Assembly: GCF_009914755.1 (NCBI RefSeq)
Contig: NC_060946.1
Strand: one strand, 5' to 3'
Source of the DNA: the human T2T-CHM13v2.0 reference genome, Homo sapiens
Length of the DNA stretch: 64,000 bases
Shown: one piece after another, positions 31,379-46,199 of the stretch
Layout of the letters: each line of letters begins with the position of its first letter
Position numbering within the stretch: the first letter of the stretch is position 1
Program-made: the position numbers and the translations under genes
Notes under the pieces: generated by a model
What the model saw: the letters and a program-made list of their open reading frames with translations, nothing else
The model's database searches: none
Told to the model about the DNA's origin: nothing

Positions 31379-32859
31379 GGTAACTAATTAGACTTTTTAT
31401 TAGATGAATAATATAAACTCATTTTGCAAATGTAGATTGTTATTTTTAGTAATTGGAAGCAGTTTGATTTCCTCCGTAGTCTAAGCCAAAGAAAGCACTT
31501 TGAAAAATATTGGTCATTTAAAGCCGTCCAGGCAATATTTTTACCTAACCTTTCTATTAAAGACAACCCGACGCCCCCCCACCCCCACCAAAATAGTAAA
31601 TGGGACCTGAGGTCAGAGGTCCCCGCTAAGTAGAGTTAGAATTACTAATACCAGAGTTCCAATGACTGATTCTAATGGTATTTTGGTATCGAGGAGATCA
31701 GTTGAATTCTTTGCTGTTTTTTCTAGTCTGTAGTGACCCTGCTGTAAATGCAAAGCGGGGGGGCCAGACCTCAGTGCTTCACTGTGGCATTTGCCGCCAG
31801 TCCCATCGGAGCCCCAAGTGGCTCATTCTGGCCTCCCTGCTAGCACTTCATTCTTTGCCTTTGGTCCTCGCCTGAGTGGGGAGTTCCTGACAGCTGTTCC
31901 CCAGGGCTGCCTACCCCAGAAGCCTTCGTGTGGCAGAGAGGATAAGGAGCCACCCACATATAATGAAGAGTTGGCAGTGAAACTCTGGGGGGAAAGGTAT
32001 TGGCGAGAAGACTGCTGTGACTGTATCTAGTCCAATTTCTTAGCCGTCTGGGGAAGAGAAAGTCGGGCACCCGCATGTTCTCCGTCTCCCTTTCAGACAG
32101 CCCAGGCAGCGTCATCTCCAGCAGAGAGAGGGAGGCCAAGGGCTCCTCTCCCCCTCCCCTGCCAGGCCGTGTGGGGCTCCCTGGCAGCCTGTCATTACTG
32201 CATTATGGCAGGATCCTAGCCACAGCCCCAGCTCCGGTAGGGAGACCGCAGCTCGCTTCCAGAGAGATGGCTCTGGACCTCTGCGCCGTGATGGGAGCAC
32301 CTGGGGAAAATTACAGGGCCGTTAATCTGCCCAGCAAGGACTCGAGCTGACTCGGAGAGGAACCCCCGCCGTGTCCTCTCCTGGTTTCCACTTGATGCCC
32401 ATTTCTCACCAACTTGGCCCCAGAATAGCACCTGGCATTTTGCCTCTGAGCTGAAATCAAGACTTCTCTTGAAGGGCTCCGCAGTGGGAGCAGCCAGAGG
32501 CATCTCGCCCCTCCCCTAAGCCACACTTGCCCAGGGCAGAGAGGTGGAGGGCACCTGGCTCTTCCTTCCCCACAAGGGCCAGACCTTCCACCCCCTGTGA
32601 AGACAGTTGACAGTGAGGCCTCTGGGTACCCGGGGGATGTTGTCAGGATAACGTGAAAAACAGGAACAAAATGCACTCAGGTTTCTAAGAAAAGGGGTGT
32701 GGACCTGTCGCAGTGTTACCGTAACTTACAAGTAATAGACGCAGCTGGCCTGAAGAAAGGTGAAATCTCTACCATTAGCTGCAGGGGGAGCTGGGGAAAC
32801 GGCACAGCTGAGAGGCTAAGAGCCCTCCCTGCCTCAGAACACAGACAAACCTGCGTTCC

Positions 32860-33030
32860 TGCTAGGCCACTGACCAGCCATGTGAGCCTACGTAAATTGT
32901 CCAGTCTATTGGGCACTGCAGTTTTCTTCACCTGTAAAATGGGAATTTTATAGGGTTTTGTGGGGATTACGAATGCCCAGAAAGCTCTAAGCACCTTGCC
33001 TAGATGTGAGTCACCACTTGGTACACGGTG
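32860..33030 (+). mobile_element. MIR (one example of many MIR fragments in the window)
   Basis: cagttttcttcacctgtaaaatggg MIR core; similar cores near 10490, 12600, 37000, 40055, 42240, 47570, 54390, 55580. Confidence 0.7.
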
Positions 33031-35570
33031 GCTTTTTTTCTGATACTTCTTTTGGGGGCAGAGGGCAAGAGGAAGCAAAGGAAAGAGCCATAGTGACTCA
33101 GGGGATGTCACAGCTCAGAGGGATCAGGCCCACTCACGGCTCCCCTGTGGCCTCCATCCCCTCCACCTGCACCCTGAGCTTAATGAGCCTGCAGCTGGTC
33201 TGTTTGTCCAAGCCCATGTTTGCCCAGTGCCAGCTGCAAAGCCCGGGAAATGATAGATAACTCCGGGCTGGAGCTGCCTGCGAAGGATGTTCTCATTTTG
33301 TCCCATTAATACTGGCTGCTCAGGTCAATAATTGACTGGAGGCTCAGGGTGGGAGAGAACCAGGTGGGCCACACTGTGCACATGAGCTCTTCCCTGAGCC
33401 TGTGAGTACCTGGGCTGTAAAAACCCAACTGCAGACGCCAGGGAGGCACGGGAGTGACCTAATTTTCTCTTATCAGGCATAAGGAAGAAGTCCCATGGAG
33501 CCTTGCCCATTTCTGATATAAATAATGTCATTCCCCATCTGCCTGCTCAGGGAGGAAGGGGCAGCCTTTGATCTGAAGGAATTAAGTCGGTAAACAAAGC
33601 AAAGAAGGCTGCTGAGGTGTCCCAGGCAGGCACCTGCTGTGCCATTTACCCTGAGAGAGAGAGAGAGGAGTTAAATTTGGAGGAGTGGAGTGGACCGACA
33701 GGGACAGCCCAGCCTCAGGCCGGCCCTCCCCGGATCTCTGAAGTCTCCCTTTATCCCCAGCTGAGCCAGGCAGCGCCTCCCCAGGAACCCTGGCACACCC
33801 CTGCTGTGGCAAGCTGCGCATGGTGTCTCCATCCTCCCCAGCAGGGGCCCTCCTTGGGCCCTGGGGATTTTCAGCAGAGGATAATTCCCAGGGAATATAT
33901 CTGAGAAAGTCAAGTGCTCTGGGATGAGCAGATTAGCCTGGAGCCCGGGGCTGGAGAGGAGCTCCACTCTGGGAGGACAGGGCCCTGTCTGTCCCAGCAG
34001 AAGGCAGCTCAATGGTCCAGCCTGCGCTTCAGGCCAGCTGGCTGTGGGCTCTGATCCCCTGCAGCTCTCCGCCTGTTGCTGTGTGGCCTTGAGTAAGTCC
34101 CTTCCACTCTCTGGGCTTCCATGCCTTGGCTATAGAAGGTCAGGTTTGGACCAGCAGAACTCGAGGCCCCCTTAGGTTCCAACTCCACAGACTGGTCCCC
34201 CGAGGTCCTCCAAGGCCATGTCAAGCCAGCTTCACCTTCCAAGGAGCCAAAATGGGAGTGACTGGCCCAGGATACCGCAGGAGTGGCTATGGCTACAGCC
34301 ATGGCCGGGAGCCGGAGTGGAACCAGGTGCCCTGCAGGGACCCCAGCCTGGGGCCTGTGTTAGAGCTCCCACCACATCCCTCCTTTCTCTTGGACCCACT
34401 ATCCTCTGGCACAAATTCGGGAGGGGCCACCATGCTGCCAGCCCCCGAGCTCAAGTGAAAGGCAGCAGGCGCCAGGGCGGGGATTGGCATGGCCACTCTG
34501 GGTTTTCCTCTTGAGCAACCAGGCCCAGCGCCTGTCAGCCCGGGTGGCAGAGGGGGGTGGCAGGAGCCGCAGCGTCGGCCGGGCCTGCTGTGACAGTTGC
34601 TCTGCCCCGAAACCCATGGGACCTCCCTTCTTTGCCCACGCCTTCATCCTTCCCCCTCCTCACTCGCCAGCCTTCCGCACCCAGCCCGAGTTCCTGAGTT
34701 CCTGAGGCTGAATCTATTAAGTCCTTCATATTAACCAGCAAAGGGGGAAACAACCCTCTTTCATCTTAACTGGAGTGAATTTGCATTAACACCTGGGGAG
34801 TTTTGTTTGCCTTGAGAAGGCGCATTGCTATTCTGAGCCGCACATGCTGTGGGGTTAGTGCAGTATCCTATTCTTTTATTAATACGGCTTTCCTCTCCTC
34901 CCTCCTCTTTTCCCATGGAAGGGGGAGAGCGGCTGGGGATGCCAGGGCTCCCCACATCACGTAGGAAGGGCCCCTGGAAATGCCAAGTTGGGAGAGCAGC
35001 TCCCAGCTGGGGCAGATTCTTCCCCTCAGAAGGTGGTGGGGGCAGCTCCCAGCCCCAGTCCAGAGTCCCCTCCCTGCTGTGTCCAGTGCATGCTGTGTGT
35101 AGGGTGGAGAACCCTGCAAGGCAGGGCTCAGGGAAACACCCCACCCTCAGGAGCTCCTCAGGGCAGGGAAGGTATGGGGAGGGGGACACCAGGGGGCCAA
35201 GAGCTGTGGATACTCAAGGATGACCTCCACTGGGCTCAGGGGCCCCGCGAGGTCTCTCCCCCAGCGTTACAGGGGAGCCTGACTTGGTGGCTGCTGTGTG
35301 TCTGCCCCAAGCGTGCTGCTTCTGACCCTCCAGTGACAGGACTGGTATTAGCCACCTTCGGTCCTGTCCAGGCTGGAGCACATGGATGCAATTTAGGATG
35401 CTCGAGAGTGCCTGGGAAATGCTGAGTCTAGGATGGGGGTGGGTTGGGCAAACCTTGGTTTTCAGGCCTCAGACCTGGAGATCAAGATCAAGGTTCTAGA
35501 AAGAGAGAAGTTTAAGGCAGGGGAGGGAACATGAAGAGTGAATGCCTCCCCAGGACCCCTCACCCCCGAA

Positions 35571-35822
35571 CTCCTGACCACCCCGCCACCCTCCCCTCCC
35601 CTCCCCTCCCACCTCCTAACCACCTCGCCCCCCTCCCCTCCCCTCCCACCTCCTGACCACCCCGCCACCCTCCCCTCCCCTCCCCCCACCTCCTGACCAC
35701 CCCGCCACCCTCCCCTCCCCTCCCCCACCACCTCCTGACCACCCCGCCACCCTCCCCTCCCCTCCCCCACCACCTCCTGACCACCCCACCACCCTCCCCT
35801 CAACCCCCACCTCCTGACCATC
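35571..35822. repeat. C-rich minisatellite (VNTR), ~37-42 bp unit, 6 full units + partial
   Basis: CTCCTGACCACCCCGCCACCCTCCCCTCCCCTCCC(CC)AC units starting 35571, 35613, 35650, 35690, 35732, 35774, 35811. Confidence 0.95.
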
Positions 35823-38800
35823 CCATGAGATGGCGAAGGGGAGAAAGGTGCAGGGCAGATGGGGGTGGGGAGCTGGGGCAGAGAAGGGGTCCCATGAGGA
35901 CCGTGGGTGAACTGGGGATGGGGGTGTCCGGGCCCCCCAGTGCTGCTCAGAGTTAAGAACTTGGCCTCTCAGCCTCACATTCCCCTCCTGAACAACGGAG
36001 TGCATTCAGAATCCACCACAGGGTCGCTGTGGGGTTGAATGAGATCACAGGGACCGGTTCTGAGCCAGTGCCGGCTGCAGTGAGAGTTTATTAAACAAGG
36101 CCTGCCGCTGTGTGGTTATGGCTGTTTACTCTTAGCTTGTCCTGAGCCAGTTATCAAAGGAGACAGCTCAGGGTTGGGAGGGCAGTGGGCCAGGAGGGGT
36201 CCTCACATGGCTGCGCCTTGACTCCTGGGCCCTGGGCCCATCTCTAGACCACCCTAAACGGCCCCCCCAGTAAAGAAACGGGCAACCCTCCCAGCAACGG
36301 GCATCAGTCCATTGTATATTGACAGCAGGAGAGGGGCTGGTGGTTGCAGATGTCCCCAGGGGGGTGGCAGCTTCAGCTGGCCTGACACAGCCCCTCCTCA
36401 GGGATTGGTGGGAGAGTCTGGAGGCTCTGGAGACCCTGGACTGGTATCAGCATTTCATGGGCATCCCCAGCCCCTCTGGCAGCCTGCCAGCCCCCACTCA
36501 CTACTGGACCCATGCCAGGTGCCACGGCTGCACTCTCCAGTGACATTTACCAGCTGGGAAGTGGCCACGGAGACTTGAAATCAATGTGGCCTGCAGCTAG
36601 CCCACTTCATTAGAGCCGGCTCAGCTCCACTGGGTAGGGCAGCACAGGCTAAGCGCAGCCCCCTCTCCAAGCCTCCCAGCTCCTCCTGGACCCACCTGCT
36701 TGGCTGATGGGCCCCGTCCCAACCCCAGCACTGATCCTGTGTGCGTGGGGTTGGGGCCACAATGTCTTCTGAATGCCTGCTCTGGCCAGGCCCTAGGGAG
36801 GATGAAAAGAACGCCAGCAGTGACCTGAGTGGGCCTCGGCACACTTGGTCTCTCCCTAATCCTCACAGCAGTACCCAGAGGAGGCCGCGACCATTAGGCA
36901 CACTAGGGCCCAGTGAATGCCAGCAGCTCCCACTTAGGCCTTACCTGGAGTCATCACCAGAGACCCCCATGAGAGCCCCATAGAGTTACCATTATCCCCA
37001 TGTAAGACAGAGGAGGAAACTGAGGCTCAGGGAGGCCAACTGACTTCTCGGAGCTGGGACTTGAACCTTGTCCTCCTCATGGGCCTGGCTCATTCAGCAA
37101 CTCAACCTCAGAGAAGAATCCCCCCAGCCCCACCCCGCTCAGAGTGGGTGGGACAGGAGACCCTCCCCTCACATTTCCTGGGTGCAGCCCACGACCCTCT
37201 GAGGGGGCTCAGCAGTGGGAGGCCCAGCGGGGCTCGGTATGGGCTAAGCAGTGGTGGTCCCGGTCTTGGCCTTCCCCTCCTCATGGCAGGGGAGGAACCT
37301 GGGATGTGGGACTGGGCTCGGTGCTCCCTGGTGAGGAGGAAAGAACCCAAGTCTGGGGAGCAGATGCTGCTCTGCCTCCTCCAGCTGGGGGCCCCAAGCA
37401 AGACACTTCACCTCTTTGTGCTCCAGTTTGCTCAGCTAGAAAACGGGGTCACTGATGTCTGCCTTGGATGAGTAAGTAAGATGATGTACTTACAGTGCTT
37501 GCACAGCGCCTGGCACAGAGTGAGGACCCAGAATGCCAGGGAGCTCGAGCCACCAGAAGGGATGATGTCCCATAACATTTGCGTTTATCTGGCAGGCCTA
37601 TGCAGATGCAAAACTCAGACTGAGCCACATGTAACCTCCAGAGTGCCCGGGGTGAGCTGGTGGCCCAAGCCTACTTGTCTGGCCCCCATCCCCAGCACCA
37701 TGCCCAGCACAGCACCTGGCACGTAGTAGGTGCCCAGGACATATCTACTCAGTGAATAAATGAGTGTCTGTTTACCCATCTCGAGCATCTCAGTGCCTGA
37801 GAAACTCATCCCACTCCCAGGCTGCTGTGCAATTCAGGTGAAATGATGGCTTGGAAAGGGCTTGTTTTTATAATTAAAATGCAGAGAAGGAGGAAGAGGG
37901 AGGCGGTGACTTCCCAGCAAATGGGTGTGGGGGCTGGGAGAGGGTACGGGGCCTGATGTCCCCCTGGCCAGCTGGTTGGGCCAGCTGAGCTGTAATCACC
38001 ACGGGCCCAATCATCAATCAGCCACCCACTCCCCACGCCTCTCTGGCCAGGAGGAGCATCCGTCAAAGTCTCCTTCCCCATGACGGCCCAGACAATCAGG
38101 CAGTCCCGCCTGAATCCACCGCTTGAAGCCTCCGCCTCCTCCTCCTGTCAGTCCAAGAGGCAGGGGCCAGGCAGGGTCACACCCCCAAGCCAGGCCAGCC
38201 TGTCCTGAGCCCTGTCTGCATGCCAGGCACAATGCCCACCTCTGCACATCCTCCTCTCCCTTGGCGGGGGGCACTGCTGCATCCCCAGTCTTTACAGATG
38301 AGGATGTGGTCTCCCGAGACTCACTCGGGTCACACAAGTGAGTCCCACAAGAGCTATCACTCTGAGCCCCCACTTTTAACCTCTGCAGCCCTTCTCCAGG
38401 CCTCAGTTTCCCTTGTGCACCAGCGAGCAGCAGTTTTCTAAAGGTTCCACCCCGAGGAGCCGGCTGGCCCCCAGCCAGCATCGCAGGGACAGCATGATGG
38501 ATGAGGATCCCGCGGGGGGCAGGTGCGACACGCACACACACCCGCCGACCGACCGTTGGGTGATGGATCTTTTCCTCCTCTCCCCCTCCCCAGGAGCTCG
38601 GCTCCATCTGGTCAGGCGCAGTGCCAGGCTGATGGATGGGCCACTCACTGGGCCACCCTCGCCGAGGCTGCCTCCTGCACTCTGGATACTGCACACCAGG
38701 GTCAGCAGGGTAGGTCTGCGGATGCTCATTCAGTCATTCAACAAACACGTATTCACCAGGGCCTACTATGTGCTAGAATGAAGCAGTGAGCAAAACAGAC

Positions 38801-39169
38801 TAGGAAACCAGCCATCACCCTCCATGTGACAAATATGGTCACAGGGCAAGCAGAGGGTGACTGTGCAAGCCAGAGGAAGCCTCTGAGCTGACTCGAGGGA
38901 CCAGGGCAAGGAGTCTTCACAGGACAAAGCGAGCAGCTTCTAAAAAGGCCTCCATGTGAGAAAGGGCAAGGCATGTCTACACAATAGTGACAAGTTCAGG
39001 ATGGTGGGGTTGGGACGGGGGCAAGGGCCAGGGCAGGCTGAGAGGTGAAGCAAGGCCAGTTTGGGCTCACCCCAGGGCAGGAGGGTGCTGGGCCAGGTTG
39101 GCATTTCCAAAAGACCCTGCTGCTGCCAGGGAAGGAGGCATGCTGAAGGTCTGCTGAAATTCAGGAGCA

Positions 39170-39915
<746 letters not shown>

Positions 39916-40957
39916 AAGAAATGAAAAGAAAAATGCAGAAGCAGATCAGCCCTGGTGCAGGGGATACTGGAAGAGCCAGCGAAGAGCAGGGATGTGAAAT
40001 CCTGGAACCAACGGCGGTCAGTACCAGAAGCCAGGGGTGGTCGCATTTGCCCCATTTTAAAGATGAGAAACTGAGGCTCGGAGTTGGGGAAGGATTCACC
40101 CAAAAGGTCATGCGGGGCAGAGAAACAGAGCTGGGCAGGAGGCAATGCTCGGTGAGAGCTCTCGGCCCGTTGGACCTCCATGTCCAGGCGCCCTCCCCCT
40201 CTGCCTGTAGAGGCTCAGCAGCCTGAGGACACCCCCACCAGCACCAGCAACTCCTCATTCAGGGAGGCAGCTGTCCCCTTCGCGCCGCCATGGACAGGAG
40301 CCAGGCAAGAAATATCACATCATTAAAATGACAAATCCCTTCACTAACTGAACCAGAAGGCCTGCCTCCCCACCTTGGATCCCCTCTAGCTCATCTCCCC
40401 TCCCAGGCTGGCAGGTGGGCAGGGGAGCCTGTGCGGGGTATGGCCTGTTGTGGTCAGGACCATCGCCTTGCTCCTGAGATGACCTTGGTCCCCAGACTTC
40501 TGCTTCACGGCATGGCTTTGGTGTCTGGGATCCCATCAGCACTTCCCAGCAGGAGCCCGGGAGAAGTAGGGGCTCCATTCTACAGGTGGGGAAACTGAGG
40601 CTTGGAGAGGCGACCCTCCAGGTAGGACACCCCTCTGCAAAGCTCCTGGCCACTGGGCCTGAGCAGAGACCCTGCCATCCCTGCCATTCCACAGCCCATG
40701 TCCTGCCCCTGCTCAGAACAAGAACAAAGCATGACCCACGCCTCAGGATATTTTCCCAGCCCATAACCAGCTGCAGAGCCTGTCTTCAGGGTCAATCCTG
40801 CCCCCTACCAGGGTGGGACATGTTTTTGTCTGAGCCCCACCTTGTCAGGAGGCCAGGGCAGGCATCATTCTCCTGAATTGACCGGGCAGGAACCTGGCTG
40901 CCTTGGGCAGGCTGCTGCCCTCAGTTTCCCCATCTGGCAATGGGAAGCTGCCCCTGT

Positions 40958-41258
<301 letters not shown>

Positions 41259-43246
41259 CCCCTGTTCCTTTTGACTGAGGCTGAGCTTGCACAGGGCCTA
41301 ATGGATGTGGAGTGAGCACCTGTAACACGTGCATGTACACCGCACATTAGATGCCTGTGATGTGTGCACACTTGCCACATGTATGTTTCCACCTGCATCT
41401 GCCCTGGCCCCGGGTCCTCAGAGTGTCAGACCCCTGTGTGTGCACATCCACCCTGGCACCCAGACACCCAGCCACAGATGCACACATCTGCACCAACAGC
41501 CCACATCCACCCAGACCTGTTCGTGCACATCAGTGTCACATGCCCACAGACACTGAGAGCCCACATGGGGTCCCTGTTCCTCTGGGGAGCAGGGCAGGTG
41601 AGCAGATGGCAGGAGATGTCACCTGGCCCCGCTGGCAGCCCTGGTTCCCAGAATGACCCCTCTCTCTGCTCCCTCATCCTTCCTCCGGGCCCAGCTGGCA
41701 AGGACACACCGTCCGTCCGCCCAGTGTCCTGGTCTCCTTGGACGCAGACAGAGCCCACGGAAGCGTCTGGCGCATCCTGACTTGGCCGCAGCAGCTGCAC
41801 CAGCACCCCCAGCCCTCTTCCCTGTGCCCAGCGCTGTCCTGCCTGTCCTTCCCCACCTGCTGGGTGGCCGAAGCAGCCGCCACACGCTACCATGTCCCCA
41901 TGGTGGGGAGGGGGCTTCCTGCAGCAGCTACCACGAGGGGCCTCTCCAGCCCTCCCGCCTGACCTTGGATAGGTCCTTCCTCTCTCAAGGCCTCAGTTTT
42001 CCCATCTGGAAAATCGGAGGGAGGCTAAACTGACTTTCCAAGGTCCTTTCCACGTCTGGCTGTGGGATTCTCCCAAAGACCGGGAAAGGAAGGTGAGGCC
42101 AGGGCTCTGGTGGGGAGATTCAGGAGGAGGAAGCGGGGATTTAGGGACAGGCCTGCAGCGCTGGGTTCAGGGCTCTGCTTCAAGTGCATTCTCTCAGTTC
42201 GTACCCCCCACTGCCTCCCAATGGGGCTTCAACGCCATTTTACAGATGAGGAAACTGAGGCCTGGAGAGATACTACGCAGGGCAAGAACCCCCCACCTCC
42301 AGCTCCCTGCACTCCCTACGCCAAGGGCCAGAGCATGGGAGCCATGCCCAAAACATCCCGCACTTGCTGTCCTGCCCTCGGTCAGGGAGGTGGCATTCCG
42401 GGAATGGCTGTCTCCAGAGCCAGGCCTCTCCCCACCCCCTGCTCAAGGCTCCTGGCTCTGAGCCCGCCCAGGCACTGCCCGTCCATCTGCTGTTGCTTCC
42501 TGGCAGGGCGAGCGGGCCATACATCACTTAGCCATGCCGAGGAGGCTGGGCCGGGCAGCTGGGCAGGGTATTTCTGGGCTCGGGTGCAACCCCCTCTGTG
42601 GGATGTCAGGCATGGACACCTGCCTGGGAACAGGGGTCTTCTTGGGGCCCCAACCTCACCCCCATCCCCCAGATGGCAGGAGCCTGAAGGAGGCAGCTGG
42701 AGGCCACAGGGTGACCTGGCTGAAGGGGAGTGGAGGTCAGACTGACAGCCAGGAAGGTCTGAGGTGGTGCGGCTCTGTGGCATTTGGCAGGAGGACAGAG
42801 ATTTTTATCTCCCCAGCCCCTCCACTTCGCCATGCAACGTGCTGATGTAGGTCGCTGGGGTGCTGCCTCCTGACTGAGCTGCTGCCGGGGGGATGGGTGG
42901 GGGACAGGTGGGAGCTGGGGCAGCCGGAAGAAAAAGGTTCACAGCCAGGGGCGTCTCAGCCACCACTCCTGTCCCCAAACCCACAAACCTGCCCCCCACC
43001 TGGCCCTGCCTACCAGGGCCGCTCCTGCAGGCAGTCCCTAGCTCTTCATCCATCCCACAACTAAGTACGAGCATCCTCTGTGTACCCCAAAACCAGGGAC
43101 GCAGCAGCGAGCAAAACCCAGCCCCAGGCAAGGAAGGAGTCTGCGGTGTCACTAGGAGAAGGGCAAGGTTTGTCTTTTACTTGTTTATTTTTAAAGCTAG
43201 GGTCTCCAGAGAAGACCCAGGGAGAAGGTGAATTTTGAGTAAAGAC

Positions 43247-43650
43247 TGGGCATGGTGGCTCCCATTCGGTAATCCCAGCACTTAGCGAGGTCAAGGCAGG
43301 AGGATCGCTTGAGCCAGAAGTTGGAGACCAGTCTGAGCAACATAGCGAGACTCTGTCTCTACAAAAAAATTTTTTAAAATTAGCCGGGTGTGGTGGCACA
43401 TGCCTGTAGTCCCAGCTACTCGGTAGGCTGAGGCCCAGGAGGTGGAGACTGCAGTGAGCTATGATTGTGTCACTGCACCCAGCCTGGGTGACAGAGTGAG
43501 ACCCTGTCTCTAAAAAAAGAGAAAAAAAGAAAAAAGAGAAGAAGAAAGAAAGAGAGAGAGAGAAAGAGAAAGAAAGCAAGAAAGCAAGAAGAAAGAAAAG
43601 AAAGAAAGAAAGAAAGAAAGAGAAGGGAAAGAAGGAAGGAAGGAAGGAAG
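43247..43650 (+). mobile_element. Alu (AluJ-like) with expanded GA/GAAA/GGAA microsatellite tail
   Basis: Alu body to ~43510, purine-only tail to ~43650. Confidence 0.9.
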
Positions 43651-46199
43651 GACCTGAAAAAGTGATTGTATTTGGGAGGAGAGCATTCCTGGCAGAGCAC
43701 ACAGCAAGTGCAAGGGCCCTGGGGTGGGAGTGCGCCTGCCAGGCGAGGCCAGCAGAGCAGGTGAGCTGGGGGAGGAAATGAGAGTAGAGAGGGGAGGAGG
43801 GAGACACTGTGGGTCCTGGGGCAACTTTGCTGACTTCAGCTCTTCCTTGGAATAGGGTGGGAGCCACTGGAGGACTGGGAAGGGACCGTGCTGTTTGGGG
43901 GAGTGATTGGTGGTAGCTTAAGGGCCCAAAGGGAGATGTTGGAGGGTCAGTGGGAGGGTCCTAGAGGACCAGGGGCCGAGCATGTGACAGAGGCCCTCTG
44001 CCATCTGTCTGTCCTCCTCCTCTCCCTTCCGCCCCTTTTTTTGCTTCCTCTCACTCCTTCATCCAGCAGGTATTTGCCGAGTGCAGGAACAGGTCTAGCC
44101 TTTTATGAACTCAATCCAAGGGATGCTCCGCCCTCCCCACCCCCTAGGAAGGCACCTCCAATGTCCACCCTGCAGCCTGGGGTGGAGGCCAGGCCACCTC
44201 AGCCGCTCTCCACACTCTAGATGGTCAGCCCAGGTGCTGCCTCCTGTGGGTGTAGAATGAACACCCGTGTACTGGTGTACGGGGCTGTCACACACACATC
44301 TAGGACCAGCGTGGAGCACACAGGATGTCCCCTTCCCTCCTGGGCCTCAGTTTCCTCGTCTGAGAAATGATTGGAGGACAGGACCTAAGAGCCTGTCCTA
44401 TTCTAAAATGAAGACACACTGTGGTCACCCAGTGCCCTGGGGGCCACCAGTGCCAGGGGACAGGGCTATGGTTCTGCCTGTGTGGGCTTGGGCACTGGTG
44501 AGGCTGTGGCCATGGGCCAGGCTGCACAGAGCCCTGTGAGCCCCAGAAAGCCCAGGGGACAGGTGTGTGAGGACACAGGGAAGGACTAGGCTGGGGGAGC
44601 CCCTCCACCCTGGCCTGTGAGGACCTGGGGAGTGACCATCATTGTCCCTGTGTGAAATGCTCTCATAGCCCTCTTCCTCCTGACCTGATGGGACCCTGAG
44701 TCTAGGAGGAGTGGTGTGTAGACCCCTGGCCAAGCCTCCCTCACCCAGCTGCCCCAGGAGTAGCAGGAGAGCAGGAGGTCTTAGCAATGACCCAGCTGTA
44801 GCTCGGGAAGGGGCCCCGCCCCTCTTCCCTGCCCCTGGCCCCACATAGCCCCCTAGCTCACCCGGACCCCTGCAGCTCCTCTAATTACACAGCCATAAAG
44901 CACAAATCTCTAACGATCCAATTAGTAACGCTGTTACTGCTCTGTCCAGGACTAAAATCACCAATTAAACTGCTGTCGATTTTTCATCACTTAGACTCGG
45001 CACAGATGGGGCACTGCAGGCCTCAAGGCCCATCCTCGGACCCTTGGGTGGGGGGCCAGCCAGGGGTGTGGGCCTAGCTTAGCCCTGGAGGAAGTCCCTC
45101 CATCCACCGGGGCCCTCGTACCCCACTCCAGCCCAGTCCCCAACATCAGGGACTCCACAGAATTAGAGCCCAGTTCCCTGTAGATCTGCTGGTGGCAGGG
45201 GGCGCAGGGGCTCCCCAAGCCCAGCCTCTCCCTGGCAATGCCTCCAGTCTGGGCCTCCCTCATGTTCCCTGGGGACAAAACTCATCTATTCCATGTTCTA
45301 GACTTTCAGTGTCGGGCTACTCTCAGCAGCTGAGCCCTGGGACAAGGGACGGGGGTGGTCATCTGAAGGTCTGGCCCCCACTTCCCCTGCTCTCCTTCCC
45401 CTGCTCCTCTCGCTGCCACAGGCTCAGGGTGCCAACCTCACAGGGTGTCCCCCACTGTGGAGAGAGGTTCCACTCTGATGCGGTATCACAGGTTAGTATT
45501 GTCCCTCTCCCAGTTGATGAGCAGGTGCCCCTGTAGGGGCCCCCAGTGTTTTGTCTCAAAACAGGAAAGATATTTGAGCACAAAGCCTGAGCCCAGGGAC
45601 TTGATGAATACTAGCCATTTCCTTCAGAGGGGTGAGCTCCCTGTCTCTGGAGGTGTGCAGAGGCTGCACCCAGGCCACATGTGGCAGGCAAAGACAGCAG
45701 GTCACGCATAGGGAAGGGGCAGGGTTGGGCTGGATAACTGAAGCCAGATCAATCATTTGGTCCTCTTGGGAAAGAATTCCAGACGTTCAGTCTCCTGCTC
45801 TCCATCTCTGCCCTAGAAGTGCTTCCACAAAGAGAGAGGGACAGGGGCAGGGCAGGGCAGGGCAGGGCAGCAGGAAGGGTTCAGTCAGCTGGAGATGGGG
45901 AGGCGGCCATAGCGTGAACGCTCAGCCCCAGGCAGGTGTGCTAAAGGCTCCTGGTCCATGACATCGCCAGCCGACGCCGGAATATTTGTGCTGTCCTGGG
46001 CCCTGGGCTCAGCGTCTCTCGTCTCTTAATCATCCTGAGAAACAGGTGCCCTTATTCCCAGGTGAGGCACCAAAACTCAGAGGTCCAGTGATATTCCCAG
46101 GGGTTTGATGAACCCCTTAATGAAGCCATGCTTGTGCCCCCTGGGGGGCAGGGTGTGCCGGGCAAGGCCACAAAGCTGACCTGGCAGCACCTGGATATT

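Noticed and set aside
35462-36005. Repetitive Gly/Arg-rich ORFs; possible CRISPR-like array
   Set aside because: Translations of the minisatellite; units are contiguous with no unique spacers, and the DNA is eukaryotic
40280-40302. Partial RE1-like CCATGGACAG (also half-sites at 47493-47505)
   Set aside because: Left half missing or misordered; too weak
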